Below are positions 49,076-64,000 of a DNA stretch of 64,000 bases, piece by piece. Location: positions 2,852,001 to 2,916,000 of the forward strand of contig CATNEN010000030.1 of the NCBI GenBank assembly GCA_950097015.1, read 5' to 3'. The DNA is from Macrostomum hystrix. Taxonomy: Eukaryota > Animalia > Platyhelminthes. Made by a program: the position numbers and the translations under genes. How positions within the stretch are numbered: position 1 is the first letter of the stretch; each line of letters opens with the position of its first letter. The notes beneath the pieces were generated by a model. It made no database searches. It saw only the letters and a program-made list of their open reading frames with translations, and was not told where the DNA came from.

Positions 49076-50089
49076 GAATATTTATCTGATTTGAAATAAA
49101 TTTAGTTATCTTGTTATTTCAAACTATAGAAGCATTGTTAAAAAGTACAAAGAGATCAAATGAAATTATCAACAAAAGTATTTGATTTGATGATTTGATT
49201 TGACTTTTTTTAGGCCCTAAAAATCATCCAACAAATGTTTATTTAGATTATTGTAGTTCTTTTTAATAAATCAGCTTGTGGTTTTAGCTTGTGGTTTCAG
49301 CTTGTGGTGGTGAACAAATTAAATATTAAAGCAAAAAGGTTCATCTTTACAGTCCAAATACAAATTTCAGGTAGCAGAAAGTCCAGTCTAGTAGTTAAAG
49401 TAGCCGATAGAAATGATAAATATTTATATACATATAGCACTCAGCAAGTATGCAACACTATTGACATTTGTGTTGGGCCTAGTTAGGCATAGTGTGTATT
49501 TTTTAATTGAGATATAAAACTAGATTGAGATTTTGTTTATTATTTTAACATTTTTATGCATGTTTTTTTAGTTTTCTTTGCCTAAAGTTAAACTGGTACT
49601 AATCAATAATATTCAAATGATCAATTCTTACAGTCTTAATGTGCTCTGGCTCTATGAAGAATGCTGGGAATTGCCAAATCTAAGAAATAAAAACATTTTA
49701 CCCCTAAAAGTTTTTATTTTAAAAGGCAAGATGTTTGTATAAGTTCAATATAGTTTTAAAGTTTAATGTCTGTTAAACCATTAGCAAAGTTGCAATGCTT
49801 CTTTCGGGAGTAAAAAGCAGTTAATATCACCTCTAGGCCTATGTGGTAGGAATTTACTATATATTACTTCTATATATAGCTATTTTGTATGAAGAAATGC
49901 TATTATGAAGTTAATGTTCGTATTGTTCTTTACTGTTTTATGCAACAGTCTGACCTAATAGCATTACTTTTACTAATTTTGTGTTACGCAAGTTCAAACA
50001 TAGATTTAATTAAGTTTTGTTCTTATCACACAAACAACCCTTGTTTTATGACCACAATAGATAATTTAATTACTGCAGTGAACTGTCGC

Positions 50090-52137
50090 ATGTCGTCATC
50101 AAGTCGGCGACACAAGCGCAGTCACAGTCGAAGTCGCAGCCGCAGCAAAGGCGCTGGCAAAATCGTCGGCTCCAGATTTATCTGTCTGCGCGGCCTACCC
50201 TACGAAGCTAGTACACGCGATATTACCCGCTTCTTGAAGGGCGTCATCCTTCGCGACGGCCTTCGCAGCGTTAGATTTGTTCGAAATCGACGCGGAGGCG
50301 CCACTGGCGAGTGCTTCGTCGAGTGCAACAGCGTTAAAGACGCGGATATTGCTCTGTCGCGCAATCGCCAGTACATTGGCCGGCGCTACGTTGAAGTGTA
50401 CGGCTCCTCTCGTCGGGAAGCTGATGAAGCTATCGAAACTGCTCTGCGGCGTTCTCCAAGTCAGCGACTGCTTCCTCGCTGTCAACAGCGCGCCCCTGAC
50501 AGCGGCGGCTGCGTTGATCGCGTCAGCAGGCAAAGCCTAGATGATTGCGTAGTTCGCCTGCGCGGCCTGCCGTTTCACTGCGGCACAGATGGCATTGTCA
50601 AATTTTTCAAGGGCCTGACTATAGCGCCTAATGGCATTGGCCTGCTGCTTGATGCGGATGGCAGGTGCACTGGTGAAGCCTACGTGCAGTTGACGGAAGA
50701 GAAGCTATTTCAGCGTGCTCTAGCTAGGCATCGTGACTACATTGGGGACAGGTGTGGTTGCGTGGTACTAATTCATTTGGCTCTTTACCATTACTTTTTG
50801 CATTACCTTCTATCAGTAACTTTAACTTTAATCGATGATCAAACGCAGTCCCTAATACTTGTTCATTCAACGATCAACGACAGTTCCTTATTTCATTGGG
50901 TGATTCAGTCAATGATCAGCTGCTGTTCCTTATTTCATTGGGTGATTCAGTGAATGATCAGCTGCTGTTCCTTATTTCATTGGGTGATTCAGTCAATGAT
51001 CAGCTGCTGTTCCTTATTTCATTGGGTGATTCAGTGAATGATCAGCTGCTGTTCCTTATTTCATTGGGTGATTCAGTGAATGATCAGCTGCTGTTCCTTA
51101 TTTCATTGGGTGATTCAGTGAATGATCAGCTGCTGTTCCTTATTTCATTGGGTGATTCAGTGAATGATCAGCTGCTGTTCCTTATTTCATTGGGTGATTC
51201 AGTGAATGATCAGCTGCTGTTCCTTATTTCATTGGGTGATTCAGTGAATGATCAGCTGCTGTTCCTTATTTCATTGGGTGATTCAGTGAATGATCAGCTG
51301 CTGTTCCTTATTTCATTGGGTGATTCAGTGAATGATCAGCTGCTGTTCCTTATTTCATTGGGTGATTCAGTGAATGATCAGCTGCTGTTCCTTATTTCAT
51401 TGGGTGATTCAGTGAATGATCAGCTGCTGTTCCTTATTTCATTTGGTGATTCAGTGAATGATCAGCTGCTGTTCCTTATTTCATTGGGTGATTCAGTGAA
51501 TGATCAGCTGCTGTTCCTTATTTCATTGGGTGATTCAGTCAATGATCAGCTGCTGTTCCTTATTTCATTGGGTTATGCAGTCAATGAGCGGCGCTTGTAG
51601 CCTAGTGGTTTGGACTGAACGAAAGTTCGGGAGTTTGAATCCCAGGCCGCAGAGGGCCATTCCCAGTTTGCAAACTAAACAGATGTCCGCTATATATATT
51701 TGTCCGCTATCCGCTATGTATCTATTATGGTGACAACCTCTATCGATAACAACAGTCACATGAGCTCGGAGTACACTTTGCCCGCACTCGCCGGCAGGTA
51801 CATCGAGGTGTTCCCGAGCACCGTGGCAGATGCGCAGCACGCCATGGATGAGCAGATGCAGGTCAATGCCAATGCGAAGCCCCATGTCGGTCGCAGTAAA
51901 AGCAGACGCCGCTCTCCAACGCCCATTGTGTGCCTTTCGCCGCCCAGCTCAACCCAGTCCAGTTCATCATCTTCGAGGAGGTCGCTGCGCAGTGACCGCA
52001 GTCGCAGCAACAGCAGCTGCCGCCGAAACAGATGCAGAGTGCCAAAATCGCCACCGACTTCGCCGCAAACTTCAAGATTGTCAACGCCTAAGCCGAAGGA
52101 GGCTTTATTGAAGCCCACTTCGTTTGATTTGGACTGA
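50090..52137 (+). CDS. hnRNP F/H/GRSF1-like RNA-binding protein with two quasi-RRMs and Arg/Ser-rich termini, 333 aa: exons 50090-50751, 51798-52137
   Basis: qRRM signatures LRGLPY…TGECFVE…YIGRRYVEVY and VRLRGLPF…TGEAYVQL…YIGDR|YIEVF joined across a phase-2 GT-AG intron. Confidence 0.88.
50870..51590. repeat. 42-bp minisatellite, about 17 copies, in the qRRM-gene intron
   Basis: Unit GATCAGCTGCTGTTCCTTATTTCATTGGGTGATTCAGTGAAT; accounts for ORF 50896..51600. Confidence 0.97.
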
Positions 52138-53128
52138 TTAGCCTAAGCAACCCCGCTATCAGCTTTTCACAATCCATCTTATTCTTTTTGAGCATTGTGT
52201 GTCCCTTGCTTTTTATATATGGCCTTAAAATTTCTGACTAGTTTTTGTCTTACGCGGCTAAATGATTTTTTCCGAATTCGCACCTTGGTTAGATTATTCA
52301 TAATTGTCTACTGGCTTTTATTAGTTGTTGTGCTTTATTTCTACCCGCGTATCTTGTGTGTGTTTTTTTATAATCCTGTGCTCGGCTTATAGCCTATGTT
52401 TAACTTTTCAATCGTTCTAAAAATCGGGCTTTAAGAAAAAAAATATTAACGATTCAATGGCCTAAACTGTACGTTATAACGCCTTTTAGAATTTTAGACA
52501 TTTGTTGCAGGAAATGTTAGATTTTTCGCAACTTTTAATTTTTAATCTAATTACATGTTTGCGTCTTGAAATTAAAGTAAGTTAATTGTTGTCATTCTTG
52601 AAATTTGCTTTTTTAAATACTTTAACAGTATTTCTATTGTTTACTAATGAATGCCCGTCCATTACGTTCTATGTACTCAATGGTGAATACATAAAAATTG
52701 TGCCATTACACGAATAAACTTTTATGATGTGACAAAGCGATTGTTACTGATACTGATACTAAAATTCTCCGTACTGCTTTTTGGCTTTTTTACCACCAAT
52801 TTTGAATTGCTGCCATTTTTCGGCACCAAATTAAAATCAATGTCGCTTTCCGCATTTACTTCGATTCTTCTCTGCTCTATTGAATAAGCCTTGTTTTCTA
52901 CAGTGTTGTGTGTTTTTATCTGTTTCATTCTTGAAAATGTACGATCAATAAATAGAAAGGCTAAATTGTACTTCAATATCTAGCTGTGCCACTCTCCAAC
53001 ATCCTAGTTATTGTTATTGTTTTCTGCGCGCTACTTTTAAAATAATCTTTCTAATATATCTTTCACAATGTGTGCTAAACTTTTATATGTACTCTTTCTT
53101 GTTCTTGTGCCTTTTTACTTTAGTAGAA

Positions 53129-53453
53129 AGTAGAGAGCTTGTAGCCTAGTGGTTAGGGGCATCGGACTAACGACTTGAAGGTCGGGGGTTCGATTCCCGA
53201 CCCACTGAAACAATTTGTGTCCTTTAGCAAGACACTTAACTCTGCATTGATTCAGTTCACTCAGCTGTTAAATGGGTACCAGCATCAGCTGGGATAATTG
53301 AAGGTGGGTGTGGCGTCCCCCCAGTCCATGGACTGAACAGCTGTACGCAGCCTTCAGATGCGCCGCGCAATAGCTGCGGCTGTGCTGTCGGCTGCACATC
53401 TGGCCCGATTGGGGCAGGTGTAATCAATTATTATTATAAATTATTATTATTAT
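53129..53453 (+). mobile_element. Full-length tRNA-derived SINE with CORE-like central domain and (ATT)n tail
   Basis: A box TAGCCTAGTGG, B box GGTTCGATTCC, central GTGTCCTTTAGCAAGACACTTAACTCT…CAGCTGTTAAATGGG; 13-bp TSD TACTTTAGTAGAA at 53116-53128 and 53454-53466. Confidence 0.9.
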
Positions 53454-53854
53454 TACTTTAGTAGAACAAAAACTAAATAAAAGTTATTGATACTGAGAAG
53501 ACATATTGTTTGTTTTTGTTTTTTTTCTTGTATTCACAGTAGGAAGACTACGCGGTATTTCAGATACGCACATTTTGTCATTTGACATTGGGTGGCTTTG
53601 AAAGTTGGTTCATCTTAAAAGGGCGGGAAGTTTTGATCGGTTTAGATTTTAGAAGCTTTCGTAAAGTAGGCAGTGGGCATTTGGAATCACCGTGGTCTTA
53701 TCTCAGGGGAGTATTAGTGTGGTATTTCTACTATTAAGACAATTTTCTCATGCTTCTCTGGCTACTGTTAGTAAGCAATCTACAAACGTGTTCTGCTTAT
53801 TTTGCATTTCAGGTGATCATCGATAATATCCGCTGGCAATAAAAACCTATCTAA

Positions 53855-63418
<9,564 letters not shown>

Positions 63419-64000
63419 GCTGGAGTCTGTCGCTGGACTCTTCTATGGACTGTCTGGACTACACAGAGTTGCTGTGCTGTTTGCCCCGCCCTTTGGACGT
63501 TGACTTCGGATTTTTTGGAGGCTGACAGATATTGATTAGACTCCAAGGTACAAATGGAGGTCACACCGAGTGTTTCGCTTTATTTTTTCCCCGAATATTA
63601 ACCCGCCCTAATCGCCACTAGTTTTTTTAGTTTCACGTGCAAAAGCAGCCTACTCATTTATTTGTTTACCTGTTTGTTAACTGTGAGTGAATTTAGACTT
63701 TTTCTAGTTTAGTAGGATTTTTACATTATTTTTTCATCGTACTACTTACTATCTTAGACATTAGAGTAGCATAGTTTCATTTTGTTTGATCAGATTAGAA
63801 ATAAAAGTGTATCCCATTTAAAAGAATTCATTATAGTCAGAATATATCTCATTGTGTCGCTGCTGTTGCAAAAGCAGAGACAAAAATTCTGGGGATTTAG
63901 CAGCGTCCCCAGTGAAGCGCAGCGCCGTCTATTTATTTTATTAGCAATCTGTTGCTTGTTTGCTATAGAAATTTTTCTCTAGTTCCCGAAAGCAAGCTCG

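Noticed and set aside
53133-53205. tRNA-like sequence with A and B boxes
   Set aside because: It is the head of a SINE (continues into core and tail, with TSD); no full cloverleaf recognised.

Overview
Intron-containing animal genomic DNA, not prokaryotic. GC-rich, CAG-rich exons among many private minisatellites resemble a flatworm such as Macrostomum; this is inference and unverified. Seven recognisable protein-coding genes were assembled by hand from GT-AG junctions: an SLC16/MCT-like MFS transporter (-), a cytosolic sulfotransferase (+), a DEG/ENaC channel (-), sestrin (-, apparently with two alternative N-termini), CHID1/SI-CLP (-, 6 exons, 393 aa), a two-qRRM hnRNP F/H-like protein with RS-rich ends (+, 2 exons) and pyruvate kinase (+, 5 exons, 550 aa). 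The last exon of an unidentified gene lies at the left edge. Roughly 18 kb (by-eye sum) is tandem repeat from about 19 different arrays. Mobile DNA includes an end-to-end but internally deleted Helitron filling a pyruvate kinase intron, four hAT-type MITE families (one carrying its own expanding satellite), and a tRNA-derived CORE-like SINE family. No rRNA, bona fide tRNA or CRISPR array was found. Most long ORFs in the supplied track outside these genes are repeat artefacts.
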